From: Pavona decussata
Taxonomy: Eukaryota
Length of the DNA stretch: 64,000 nucleotides
Assembly (NCBI GenBank): GCA_977016875.1
Contig: CDRNST010000339.1
Location: 186,001 to 250,000, forward strand
Direction of reading: 5' to 3'
Shown here: piece after piece, positions 27,058 to 39,801 of the stretch
Layout: every line of letters starts with the position of its first letter
Numbering within the stretch: the first letter of the stretch is position 1
Notes under the pieces: model-generated
Seen by the model: only the letters and a program-made list of their open reading frames with translations
Databases searched by the model: none
Told to the model about the DNA's origin: nothing
Program-made: the position numbers and the translations under genes

Positions 27058-30000
27058 TTAATTATTCTACGTCGGGAAATTTTACGAATAGCGATAGCTA
27101 CATTATAAGTGGCCTTCTTGCGTTTCAGATACAGTACCTTACTCAACGGTTTTATTCTTAAATGTTCGTTAAGTGTGGTCATTCAAATGAAAGCTATTGA
27201 GGAATATTTTCCTCTGGCGTTCTCTGTACTAAATGCTCTACAAGGTGGATGCAACATCTAAACCTGTGTTAGAATTCTTAAAGTTTCCAAAATGTTTTTT
27301 CTTCTTAATTTCTGCCGTGCTCTCAGTTGAGATTAGAGGATTATCAGAAGTGAACCTTGAGGTTCATTCCGTCGAGCCGCGAATTATTTCATATTAAATA
27401 AATACATCGTGTCTTTAAAAGAGATAGATGTGTCAGATTGTAAAATAAAGTTGAACATTTTGCGATAGAAGTTGTGAAATGTTTCATTGCGGGCTAAAAA
27501 TACAACTGTACTACACCTTGTCACATTGGAATGTTATATTTTGGATTATATCACAACCGGCGATCTTTCGTCGGTTTTCTCATTTTACATTTGTATTTTT
27601 CACATGCAACTATACAACACGTCGTAATTAGCTAAAATGTAATCATTTTTACCTCGTTAAACTAGTCATCGTTGACAGTAATGTAGATCTCATTATATGG
27701 CACGTATAAGACAGTGTTTTCGGTAGTGGTTGGAAATGATCCTTTCAGACATGACCACTGCCACATATATAGTTTCATCATGTTTAGAAGCCATAAGCGA
27801 TTTACTGGTCGATGTATTTGGCTTCTAATCCGCAACGTTTTTCCTAGTAGTTACTAAAGGTGGCCGAGGTTAGCTCGAGCCTGACTAAACTTTATATTTT
27901 ATAATAACACGACGGACGTTTCACTCATAGTTTAAGCATAAGTTGATACGGCGAAGACGTTTAGGTAGATCGGTGCTTCAAAAAATCATTTGTCACCGGA
28001 GCTATAAGTCTGTAATTAGTATAATAACAAGTTGATAGAACTATCGTTTGCCCAGAATAGTAGAAAAAAAGTTTTGCATATTACAGAAGAAAATGACTGA
28101 GAAACAAGCAAGAAATTATCTTTTAGGTCAGACTTTGTAGCTAAGTAATCCCATTCGGCCTTAAAAGAAAAATTTTAAAATCGTTTTCTTGAAATACGGA
28201 ATCCAAGTAGATATCACTTCTTAGATGTAGCAGTCGCCTTCCCGAGTGAAGGATACTCTACGACTTAGGAAGAACAAACCATCTTAAAATATAAACATCG
28301 AAAGTAAGCTGGAATGCACTTTATTCTTAATCAGATGAAGGACAACATCGGGCTATGAGTCCTCTGCATAAACTAATAGTTTTATCTAATTTTGAGAAAC
28401 GAAAGTTTGATGTATACGTTAGTTGCACTCTCAGTTTTCATGCGTAATATTAATGTACAACAATTCCATTTTCTAGCTCACCGGCCAAAGAACTTCAGAG
28501 AAAACGTTGAGCTAACAAACGCCACAGGAAAATGTATTGCTCAGTGGACTCTCATGTGAATGGTCACACAGGCTCAAAATAGTTAGATCGCAAACCAAAT
28601 CACCATAATTTGGACTCTGGTAGTAATTTCAACATTTTAAATTCATCTGGAGAGTCAGAACCCTCCGTACACATGATTTCTTAAGGTTTGATAATTCTGC
28701 ACGGGAAATGTTTTCCTTGCTCACCCTTCAACTTCTTCTGTGGACTTATGTTTGGGTTGAGAGTGAAGATGGTCAGTGGATGACATAAATCAACTGAAGA
28801 TAAATACGAATCGAAAATTACATTTTCGTAACGAAACAATTTTCACGAATCGTTGTTGTTACGTAGAAATTGCTTTTTGCGATTCTACAATTGTTTTAAA
28901 ATTAGTCTTGCAACATACCATGCTCGTAACTAAACTGAGTCCAACAATCATTTTCCAAAATCATGATCATGCACATTAAATTCATTTAAGTCACAAGCGG
29001 TTTAGAAGTTCAAAACAGCGACTGGAATTCCAGTGGTACAATGAAATATTCTTGTGATTAGTTTGTCAGATGTGTGTTTATTCGAAACGCACGTTCTTGG
29101 AAGATTGGAAATTTCAAAACATGTAAATTTATCTTGCTCTGAAATCACGAAAAGCTCCAAATATAATCTTATCGTATCACCGATACGGGTATGGTAGATC
29201 GTAATGGCCTTCCTATGCTGTTTAATTATAAGGTTGTAGTCGTAGAAAGGAAAATATGACTTAAAAAGGCGGGAATTTTAGTTTACGAAAACGTCTTCGC
29301 CTTAGTTTTAATGCAGACTAAATACATATCATACCAGACTTGTCCATAAGCTGACGCGTGACTCATGAAAAGCCATGATAAACAAGACTTGCCAAAACCA
29401 CGCTGTCGGAAGCAAAAGTCAGTGTGAAAGAAATGACTTGAGTAGATCAAGATACCCTCTGGTTTTACCTCCTTAACTGACCTTGTGTCGGTGTGGCGAT
29501 AAAAGTAATGAATCTTATAAAAAAGCTAAGAAATTTTTCAATTTATGTCGCTTAGAACTACTCAGTATGAAGGACTTTTTAATAATTTTCTTTTTGCTAT
29601 CCACTAGTATTTCATGTTCAGAATTAGATTTCACAGGTTTGTTTATGGCAACTGAATCGGATAGAAACTATAAACATTTCCAAAAAGAGATTTCAGTTAA
29701 AGAAACATTTTTAGTAGTGGGAGAAAATCACTGACAGAGATTGAAGGTCTGTGACCTCTGCCTTCTATAAAGTATCATGGTTTTTGCAATGAATATATTT
29801 GAAATAAAACGATTACACTGAAATCGAGACGCTACTAAAAAATTAGTCACTCAGAAAGTCGATTTTTTTCCTTTTTTTTTTTCTTTTCAATTTGACATAT
29901 CGTTATATTCATAAGAGTTCTAATTTACGAGCGACTCGGTTTAGAGAAAAAAGAGTTACTGGAAATACTCTAGAAACAAGCCGGTTAATGATGACTACTA

Positions 30001-33000
30001 CTGTTGGAAAGAAAATCTTCATAACCTAAAAGCTTTGGTTCGAGGTTTCGTTCACAGTGAACAAGTCGTGATTATGAAGACGTATTTGATCGGTTGTTTG
30101 GAATGCATCTACTGTGGTTGTAATGCGAAATACCGACATTGTCAGATTTTATTTTTGAGTGAATTAGTTTAATTCAGAGACATGCTATAGTAAACGTGAG
30201 AGCAACCACACCTATTTTTACATCACTTTCCTAGTTTCGCTTTGATCTTCATTTCTCCAAAACTGTCACTCCACCATCGTGTACTCTTGCATTTTTTCGA
30301 AGCCTTATAATTCAGTTTTTCTTAATTTTCTTTCCCTAAATTTCCTTTGTAACTCTTCGTTTGCTAAGACTATTTTTAAATTAGTATCCTTGAAGGTTTA
30401 ATAATCAAAACATCTCATTTTCGGTTTTAAGGATGAGGCATAGAAACATTCTCCTGGTGTTTAGCTCAATCGATTCCTTTTTGTATGTTGTATGGTCATT
30501 AAACCTCTTCAACAAAATCAGCATGCTTTATGTACAATACGTGCGAATTTAGATCAGACAAATTTTTTCTTCACAAGAAGGAAGTTTCATCTCTCAACTT
30601 GAGCACATCAGCCAGATGCTTATTTTCTCAATGAGACAACCTTTCCATTGATCGAGTCTCGGCAAAATATATCACGATGCTATAAAATCGCAGTTAAGGT
30701 TACACGTGTTATAACTGCAGTTTTCGATCACTTATATTATTCATTTAACTTAAGTTAAATTTAGGGTCAGCCCTGTCAAAATTAAGACCTTTTTGTGCAT
30801 GATTTTAATTGATTTTACGTATGTATAACACCCGTAAAGTTAAGAGTGTTTTTGTTTTCTGACTGAGGTCAATTCCAAGCAGTTGTGGTTTAATGAACTT
30901 TTCAAAACTCTGTGACCGCGGTCAGGATGGTGTTTTAGAGATGTTGATCTTCCAAAAACGTTGCTTTTTTTCACGAATCTTATGCAAAGCGCGTTCAATC
31001 AGTTTTAGCTTATTGCAGTTTAGTGGAGTTTGTGGTTTGGCTCTGTCACAATTCAATGACCATTTGAAGTTTATACGCCCATTTCCCTTCACGAAAAAGG
31101 CACGTGTAAAAAAGTAATGACAGAAAGCAATAAACGGTACAATTAAGAGCGTAATTAACACTTAGCACTGGGTTATTAAAACACATATGAACAAGAGAAT
31201 TACAGCCGTAGCCGAAAATTTGTATTGTCTTATTCTTGATCACACAATCTTAACGAAAAGCCATTTTACCTTTTTATTCTTTCCGAGGCATAAATTTGCC
31301 GCCCGGATCACGGTGTACTTTCGGCGGATATTTCTAATTCGTACGGTGTAATAAAGTTAAGGCGGAAGATCCTAATGAACTGTGCGCAAATTGTGTTTAA
31401 TTCTTCGATGAGATTGAAATTTACGCCTGGAAGAATGATTATTAAGGAAACTAACACCAGGAAAAAAGCAATTAAGGAATAATATTTTATTCTTCTTGGT
31501 TTTGCTTCAAAAACTCTCCTTTCGGTTTTGTTCAGCAAAACATTTTCTTTGAAGCTGCTGACCGCTTTCTGTCAAAGCGACAAGATCAAGAATTTCACTT
31601 CTTTGGACAGTTTTCCTTTCGCTTTTAAAGCGCTAGATTTGATTTGTGTTTTAAAGGAATATTATTTTTACTTCCCCTAATTTCGCGCTGCAGTGAATCG
31701 CACAAGTCTTCCTTTTACCGATTAACTCCGTGTTTTCACAGCATGAAGCCATATAAAATACCAAATGCACCATATAGTGAAAAACAATGATCAAGTTAGG
31801 TAAAATAAGCTAAATAAGAAAAATGCGTGTAGGAACTTAAAAGTTTTGTGTATAATTCAAAAGGTGTCTATTTTTTAACAGAAGAAAGGCAGGCTTCGTG
31901 TGTTTCTACCGTCACTTGATGATCAATAGCTCACATGGATTACAAAAAGATCGGGACAAAACAGTTTTTAAAATAGGACGTTTGTAGTCGTACAAAATTA
32001 AATGAGGTTTCTGAAGATTGACTTAATAAAAGTAAATGACTCAAAGATATACAGAACTTTGTAAGTGTTTCCTTCAAGCGTACAACAGCGATATTATAAA
32101 TGTCAAACATTTCGAACGTACGACAAGATTTATGACTTCAAGGTTTATTGTTGCCGGCGGTTTCCCCGCAAAGGCTCAGAATTCACCAGGTGTCTGCATA
32201 GGAGATCAGTGAGACCACTTTTTTTGCTTTTTGCGTGTCTTATTCAGAATTTGAAACTGTCATCTCTCATACCACAACACCAATACGACGAAAAAAAAAA
32301 CATCTTACTACCTTCATTACTTTCAGACTTTTCGGAAAAAAAATGGGCAGGACTGAGCTACACCCAATTATTTAGCCGACGCCGACGATTTTCACATTTT
32401 ATACATCTAAACCTGAAATTATACTCATTTCCCAGATCATATACTTGTGAAGACTATTAGATTCTGTTTTTACATGCTTGGCAACAGAAGACGTTTATTT
32501 TCAATCACATTAATCATATCATCTAGTGCAAATAGCCAGCATTTGTAGACATAGGTAACTATAAAGATGCAGTCTAGATCCTTACCAGCCAGATAAAATC
32601 TTTCTTGGCTAGGAAGAGAAATTTCTCACATTATTTTCTTTTTCGCCGGCAGTCCTAACTTTGACGTGGCAGAAGCAGTTTAAAAATGGAATTGACCAAA
32701 TGAATTTTGTTCAGTACAAAGAAAAGCATTGCTTAGAAATGGACTCACATACATGTTTAAGTGTTCATTTGAAAGTTTTCTTAGATTTTGTTTGTAAGGG
32801 GGCGACAAGAATACGGACAACCCATGGTGCAATTCGTCTTCTTTTTATTTTGCGGCTATAACACACTTACTAAGAGACAAATAACCCCATTTTTTTCTTA
32901 TTTTCTTTTTCATATTTTTTTTAATCTCTAAAAAAGTTAAACTTTCCTGTTGGAAAAACTGCAAGTAAAATAGGGGTGAGGTAAAATGAAACCAAGCAAT

Positions 33001-36000
33001 AGCACCGAGGGAAAGTCCTGATCGACACTGATCACTTGAAATGTAAGGATTTCTTTGCAATAATCAACGTTTAAACCACACAAAAAGGTTTAGTGTTTCA
33101 TTCCAGCTGGGAAGATCAAGGGATCGGAGGCCTCTTTACGGTAACATACGTGACACCCTCCAAAAATCTAGTTTCTTTACAAAAAAGGCACATTTTCATA
33201 GTTCGACGATCAACATATTAATTTTGTTTTTCTTGTTCTTTAGTGTGTAGAGCATTTTTCTATAGTTTTATTTTGACGCCTCTGTGTAACGAGATGCTAG
33301 CTTCTGTAATGTAACAGTCTCTCCTATGCGTTTTTTTCCCCACTCTTTTTATATTAACCAACGCCAAAAGTAGCCATTTCAAATTCTAGATATGAAGGCC
33401 GGCCGAGGACATACAAAATTGAAGATGAAAATGGTAATCAATAATATTATATTTTACAGGTAGTAACGTTTTTGAAAAAAAACTTGATTTCCTTGTCAGA
33501 AGCAACCCTTGGATGAAAGAAAAGTTTCGTCAAAGTTTGTGTTTTTTTTTTTTCGTCGATTAGCTGAACGCAAAGATAAGAAGAGATTCTAAAATCGCCC
33601 CCAGTTGAGCTGAGCAGAAACAGACTTAGCTATTCCGACTATTTAGAACTTAATTGCCTTATACAAAGACAATCAACACGTTGGCTTTAGAATCTATGTA
33701 CAAGGCAGGTGATGGAAGTTCATTCACACTTCCGATGTTTGAATCCAAAACAATCCTAGAGAACAATAGGTAAGACTTTACCCCCTACTGGCAATTAAAA
33801 CGTTTGGTTTGGGTCAATTGCTGTTTAAAAGCGGGTAAAGCCATTTTATGCCTGCCAGGGTCTAGAGATTGTTTTTCATAATTTTAGTTCTATCTTAGAT
33901 TTTCTACAGCTTTATTTTCGTGACTCAGTAGTTTGTATCCCCAACGCTTTTTTTGTTTCTTTTATTTCCTGCAAGCTTGTCATTTAATTTTTTTATGTCA
34001 AGAGTCTTCAATTGACACGTCAGCTCGTGAATGGATGAAACTGACAAATTGCCACAATGTTAATTAAAGGTATTTAACGACACAAAGCAAACACTATGAA
34101 AATCTGAGGATGTGTTCAATGGGCTTTAATTCGAATTTGGAATACAGAACGATCACAACTAGTCCCTTAAAAAAAACAAGAGTTTTCTCGGTTCAAATGT
34201 GCCTTAAAAAATTGATTTTCAACCGGGATTACCCCGTTTTCGGCCATTCCGAAATACAGCCGTTTTAACGCATCAACTTGGAATTTTTTTTGTTTGAAAA
34301 CATGACGATAAATTTGGGAATGAGTATTAATGTAAAATGAACGTGTATTTCATTTTCATAAGTTTCTTTATTTGTTTTATGAGATAAATATTTTTGTGAA
34401 ATTAGAAGTCAGGTCAAATCTCCGAGGCCTTCTGAATTGTTATTATTTGTTTTCTTTGCTACACCTGTATGTATTCACGTGGACCTCTTTTCAAGGAACA
34501 AGTGTCCCGTGGCTTATATATCGGGTATTTAATTACCAGTGTTTAGGCTACCGCACCTTAACTTTTCCTTTCTTAATTGGTACATTAGCCTCCCATTATC
34601 TAATTACCTCCCACAGAGAATCTTGGGCCTAACAATGTGTTCACCAATTTTGGATGTGTAGACGAATTCAAATTGTAAAGTGTGATCATTTAAATAAAGC
34701 TACTGAGAAGTAACTTCTCAGTTGCGATACCTCCTTTCATGTTGTGCAGATGGTTCTGACTTTTGCGTCTGATTTGAGAGCGAGTTAAAGAGTAGTTCCT
34801 TCCTGTGATACTGATAATACGTGCTGTTTGTTTATTTACTTAGAATCTGTTGGAAGTGAAAGGGTTAATTTAGACAAATTAGCGTTTGATGTGCTGACTT
34901 CAATGCGTTGTAAGAAGTCTTTCAAAACAGGCTTCATTTCCCAAATGATGGATGTCAACCATATAGTAGCCATAGTCAATTAAAGCTGCAGAATGCGTCA
35001 AATGAAAGACAATGACTGTGTTCCCAAAATAATAACGAAAAGACAACTCCGACACACCTAATTTAGAACGGCACTGCGGATAACCCCGCCTAGCGCTAAG
35101 TTCATTTAATTTTTCGAACAAGTTCCAAGATTTTAAAGGCGTTACAAGTGAGCATAGCCAATCGCAAACGCTTAATGAAACGAAGAGACATCAACGGATT
35201 ACATGTTGAAATCTTTGTCAGATGATTCTTTGAAATCTCAATTCTAACCTGCCATATTTGCAAGTATCTCGCCGTGATTGCTGGGAGGGGGAGAGGAGGG
35301 GGGGGGGGGGGGTCCTGCGAAGTTGCTAAAATCGAAGAAATCTGAAGATATTAGGCCAGGTTATATTTTCAATGAAATTTAAACAATTTACCATTTATTA
35401 AGGACAACGTGCACGAAGTACTGTCGACTTTTTATCAACCGGATTGCGAGACTAATTTTCCTGCTGAGCTGCAAGTTAACCATTCCGGCGCTATAGAGCA
35501 CGAGTCGAACATTTTATGCAGAAAACGCGGATTAGTAGTCTAATTCATTTTATATAAGACTAAGTCTGTGATGGGAAGTCAATATTGAACATATAGGTCA
35601 TTATCATTTGGTCTATGAGAAATAAACTGGAAACAGTTCAGTCTCCAAGTACATAACGTACAAGACTGCGTAGAATATCAGTGAATATAAAATAAACATC
35701 AGCAAATGAGATTATCGAATGAACAATAATAATAATGATAATCATAATGATAATGATGATGTTGATGATATTCTTTAAGAAAATCTTTTACACACTAAAA
35801 TGGTTTTCAAAAAGCTTACTGGTTCTCAAAATAACAATAACATCAGAGAAAATGGAATGAAATCACAACTAATTAATGACATAAGGTCGAAATCAAATTG
35901 ACCACGGGGTATGCCCACTTAGGGCCGATCTATGAACGGTACGTTAACCAATCAGATTTAAGGATTCGCAATATACCACTGCAAATATTTAAGGGAACTG

Positions 36001-36407
36001 GTCATAACAAGTTTGTTCGAAGAGGACCCACCTTGTCTGGGGTAAGGGGTTATCGAAGACACCACCTATCTCATGAACATTACCGACAAAATCAGTTTTA
36101 TTGGCTTTACAATTTGAGTTGACACAGTAATATTCAGCTAGCAAGAGTCAGCATTGCTTGATAAACAAGAAAAGTGAGGTTTGAATCTCATTTTGTCATT
36201 TTTTGCTGCTGCTGCTGGATAGAGGGGTGGCTATGCAATAAAGACATCATCTTTTGAGGTCGAGGAAGGGGGCGGGGGGGGGGGGGTACAGGCAGAGGTC
36301 ACCATCTGTTCGGTGGGTCCTGTTGGAGTGTAGTAGTTTTGACCACTTCCCTAATTCTGCAACTTTTACATTATTATCAAAGTTAAGGTATACACACCTT
36401 TCATCGT

Positions 36408-36804
36408 ATCAAAATCTTTAATCATGATTTCTTGTGCAACGAAGCTAGAAAGTGTGAATCTGTCAAAAAGAGCTACATAAAATAATATATCCAGATAATG
36501 TTCTGACAAGTTATCCAAGGCATGCATCTAAATGCTGTGAAAATCAAAAATCTTTAATCATGATTTCTTTTGCAACGAAGCTAAAAAGTAGGAATCTGTC
36601 CAAAAAGAACTACATAAAATAATATATCCAGATAATGTTCTGACAAGTTATCCATGTATCTAAATGCTGTGAAAATCAAAAATCTTTAATCATGATTTCT
36701 TTTGCAACGAAGCTAGAAAGTATGAATCTGTCAAAAAGAACTACACAAAATAATATATCCAGATAATGTTCTGACAAGTTATTCATGTATCTAAATGCTG
36801 TGAA
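36408..36804. repeat. Tandem repeat, 3 x ~132 bp
   Basis: Units ATCAAAA(A)TCTTTAATCATGATTTC...CTAAATGCTGTGAA start at ~36408, ~36543 and ~36675. Confidence 0.95.
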
Positions 36805-37016
36805 GCATTTAGAAACGAGTTTTTTCATAAGGACCATTGATTTATGAGTGCAGCACTGGTGCATTACACAATATCAAGCATGTCTAACCTACATACATGA
36901 ATCAACATCACCATGCATGGATCAATTGATAATACTAGAATGTTTGTAAAGGTTATCTATTAAATTCTTCGGTTGATCATAATATCTCTTTCCTTTATTC
37001 CAACATACCCATTCAT

Positions 37017-37786
37017 CTACTCGTGGTGTTCATCGTACGGTCGGGGCTGATAAGGTTTAGCGGGTTTCTGTTTCTTAGCAACCGCATCCATGACGTTCGC
37101 ATTTTTGTTACCAGCGGGACCAGTGACGTACTGACAACCATCAGCATCAGGATTGATGACGCAAGCAGCAAACTTCTTCATGTGGTTGTCAAGGTAACTG
37201 AGTGGCGAGGACCCCTGGGACAACACCTGGTAATGGAAATCCTTTTCACTGAATTTTTTGCTCGCTGCTTCAACTTTGGCCTGCGTTCGGTTACGCACCT
37301 GCCAGATTTTCAACTGGCCGATCATGTATGCGGTGGCCTGGCCCGGGTCACTCTGATAACGAGTGACGTCTTTCACGGCTTTGTCGGTCTTGTCCCAGGC
37401 CTTATCGGCAAAGAGCTTCAACGCTTCCCACCGTTTCATTCCTGCGAAGAACCATTAAGGAGGACGTATCATACAATATCCGTAAGCAAATTTCCCCTGA
37501 AAGTACCTCTGCAGAAACAGTGAGAGGGGTAATGGGCACGAATTTGGTACGTGAGGGATTCTGGGTTTCTGAATTGGGTGCAGAAATCAACTGTTATTTG
37601 AAAACAGTTTAATGAGGCAGAAATCCCAGGAGCGACGTTACCGAAAGTAAATCAACATTGAATCTCTCAAATAATCCAAGAAATGACTGTCTGGACTCTA
37701 CGCTGATTTCGAGAACATGATTTCGAGAAAGAAAAAGTTCATGACGATTACGTTATCTCATTACCTTCCAGAAGAGATCTGAATGC

Positions 37787-37829
<43 letters not shown>

Positions 37830-39757
37830 ACTCGCATAAAAAACAGGGAGGTACGGAGGCATGCTCCCCCGGGAAATGTTGAGACTTCACCCTCTGAAAG
37901 GTTGTTTTCGACATTCCTGAGACCGGAGAAGCAGTTTTCTATCCCTAAATTGTTGGCCATGTTTTAAACTATATCATACGATCGTGTGGGAGATAAAGAA
38001 GCGTTTTCAATTGCAGGTTAGTGGATAGCGAATATTGTAAATCTGGTGTCTTGGGACTTTGTGTTTCAAAACTGTCAAACTAGTCTGTTCATCTAGGTCC
38101 TCATCAGAACCGAAGGCTGAATCATCATTGTCACATCAAAGTACCGGCGGATATCATATAGCAAGCAGCAGGACTTTTCGTCCGAACTCTAACTTCACAT
38201 AAAAACCCTGGACTCATGTTAGAATTTATTACAAAAAAGTCTAGATTACTTTGTTACCAGTAACCATACCTGCAGAAGGCGGTGCTAACTTTTGAGCCCG
38301 TGGATGAATGTTTAAATGATTACTTTCTAAGTGTGACGTGTGCTTATAATAATTTCGCAAAAAGGAATCAGTTTCTTGCAAATCCTGCTAAAAAATGAAG
38401 TTTGACAATATTTGGCAGTTTTAAAGTTGGACACTTTCAGGAGTGAAAAGTTCAACCAACGAACCTTTATAATGAAGGCCAGTGTCCATCATAAGACGCA
38501 GTGCACGCCATATTTGCCACTTGAGCATCCCGTAAAGCTGAAGAGGGTTGTTATCGTATGTGTCTGTCTCTTCAGCGATCAGCGGATTCTCGGCATATAG
38601 TGCCCAGCCCTCTGTGAACGCGGTGTAATAGGACGCACCATTCAACCAACTGATGACACCTTCACAGCTATCACCAAACAACTCTCCAAAACCTTGAACC
38701 TGCAAGAGAACACGAAATGGCGAGTTCGAACATTTATTGTTATTACATTTACTAAATTTACGAGATGTTAAAGACGGCTGTGGCAAAGACTGCCATTCAT
38801 GTTCAAGTCAGTACTTTTAAAACTTTTCAAATTGTGATCTCTTTAGTTCAATCTGTCAATTACAAGTGTTGTAATTGAAACATTGACAGAATAATGTGCG
38901 TGGGCTTAGTTTTGATAATTGAAGTGTGATAATTTCGTAAATGAACGCTTTCGAGGAGTACTCTTCTATTGTGCTGTATATAATACAGGAGCAGATGAAG
39001 AGGTTTGGGTTTAAAATCCTAAGGTGCGGCCACCCAATGGAAGCTACTGTGCAAACTTTCCAGCGGTACTGTCATGTTACAGATTTGACCGTATGGATGA
39101 AATCCTGAATTGCGACCTTTCACGTAACAGGTATTTAATCAACTTCCTCGTGTTTGGTAAAGATCCCATAATTAATTACATAGTGACACAACAAAAAACA
39201 ACAACTCGGTGTGGCTGAAAATGGGGAAGTGGGTGACGAAGTGCTCTACTAAGAAGTCAGCCCCGTGTACTCCTGGAGTATCGCGCTAAGAAAACTTACG
39301 GCCCAGGGTGGTGCACAGAAGGTATGGAGGAGGGAGTAGGGCCTCCTCCCAGGGCCAACTGTGACCATTCCTGGGTAGAGAGGAGGGAGTTGGGCCTCCT
39401 CTCTGATTGGAGGGAGTTGGGCCTCCAGTCTAACCTAAATCCAAGGAGTACATAATGGAGGGAGTTGGGCCTCAATAATTTCGAGTCTATGGGGGCAAAA
39501 GTGTGACAAGAGGAGCACTTCATCCCCATTCCCAGGTTTATTGAATATTCTCAAATACATTCAGACTGTCACTAAAGTGGCTAAAATCAATCTAACATCT
39601 CCTCCAGGTCCTTAACTAGTATAATTACCCTAAGAGTATGTAACGTAAAGCAGATAATTTGCAATTTACAATTTGGTTGTCGAGATAACAGGTTAGGATC
39701 AAGTGGCCAATATATCGACATAGCAATTGACATGATTATTATTATTATTATTGTTAT

Positions 39758-39801
<44 letters not shown>

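Noticed and set aside
35283-35312. G-rich tracts (also ~36268-36286 and ~51650-51667) as functional G-quadruplexes
   Set aside because: Simple homopolymer-rich runs with no supporting context
37023-37523. Antisense ORFs over DUF885 exons (also 43759-44091 and 49643-49930)
   Set aside because: Shadow frames of real coding exons with no independent features
38060-38115. Additional CTGATGA matches (also ~5835 and ~18118) as hammerheads
   Set aside because: No paired stem II or correctly placed GAAA and cleavage triplet
39326-39473. Repeated GGAGGGAGTTGGGCCTC units resembling a CRISPR array
   Set aside because: Spacing is irregular, there are no cas genes, the context is eukaryotic, and the units are hairpins inside a retroelement repeat
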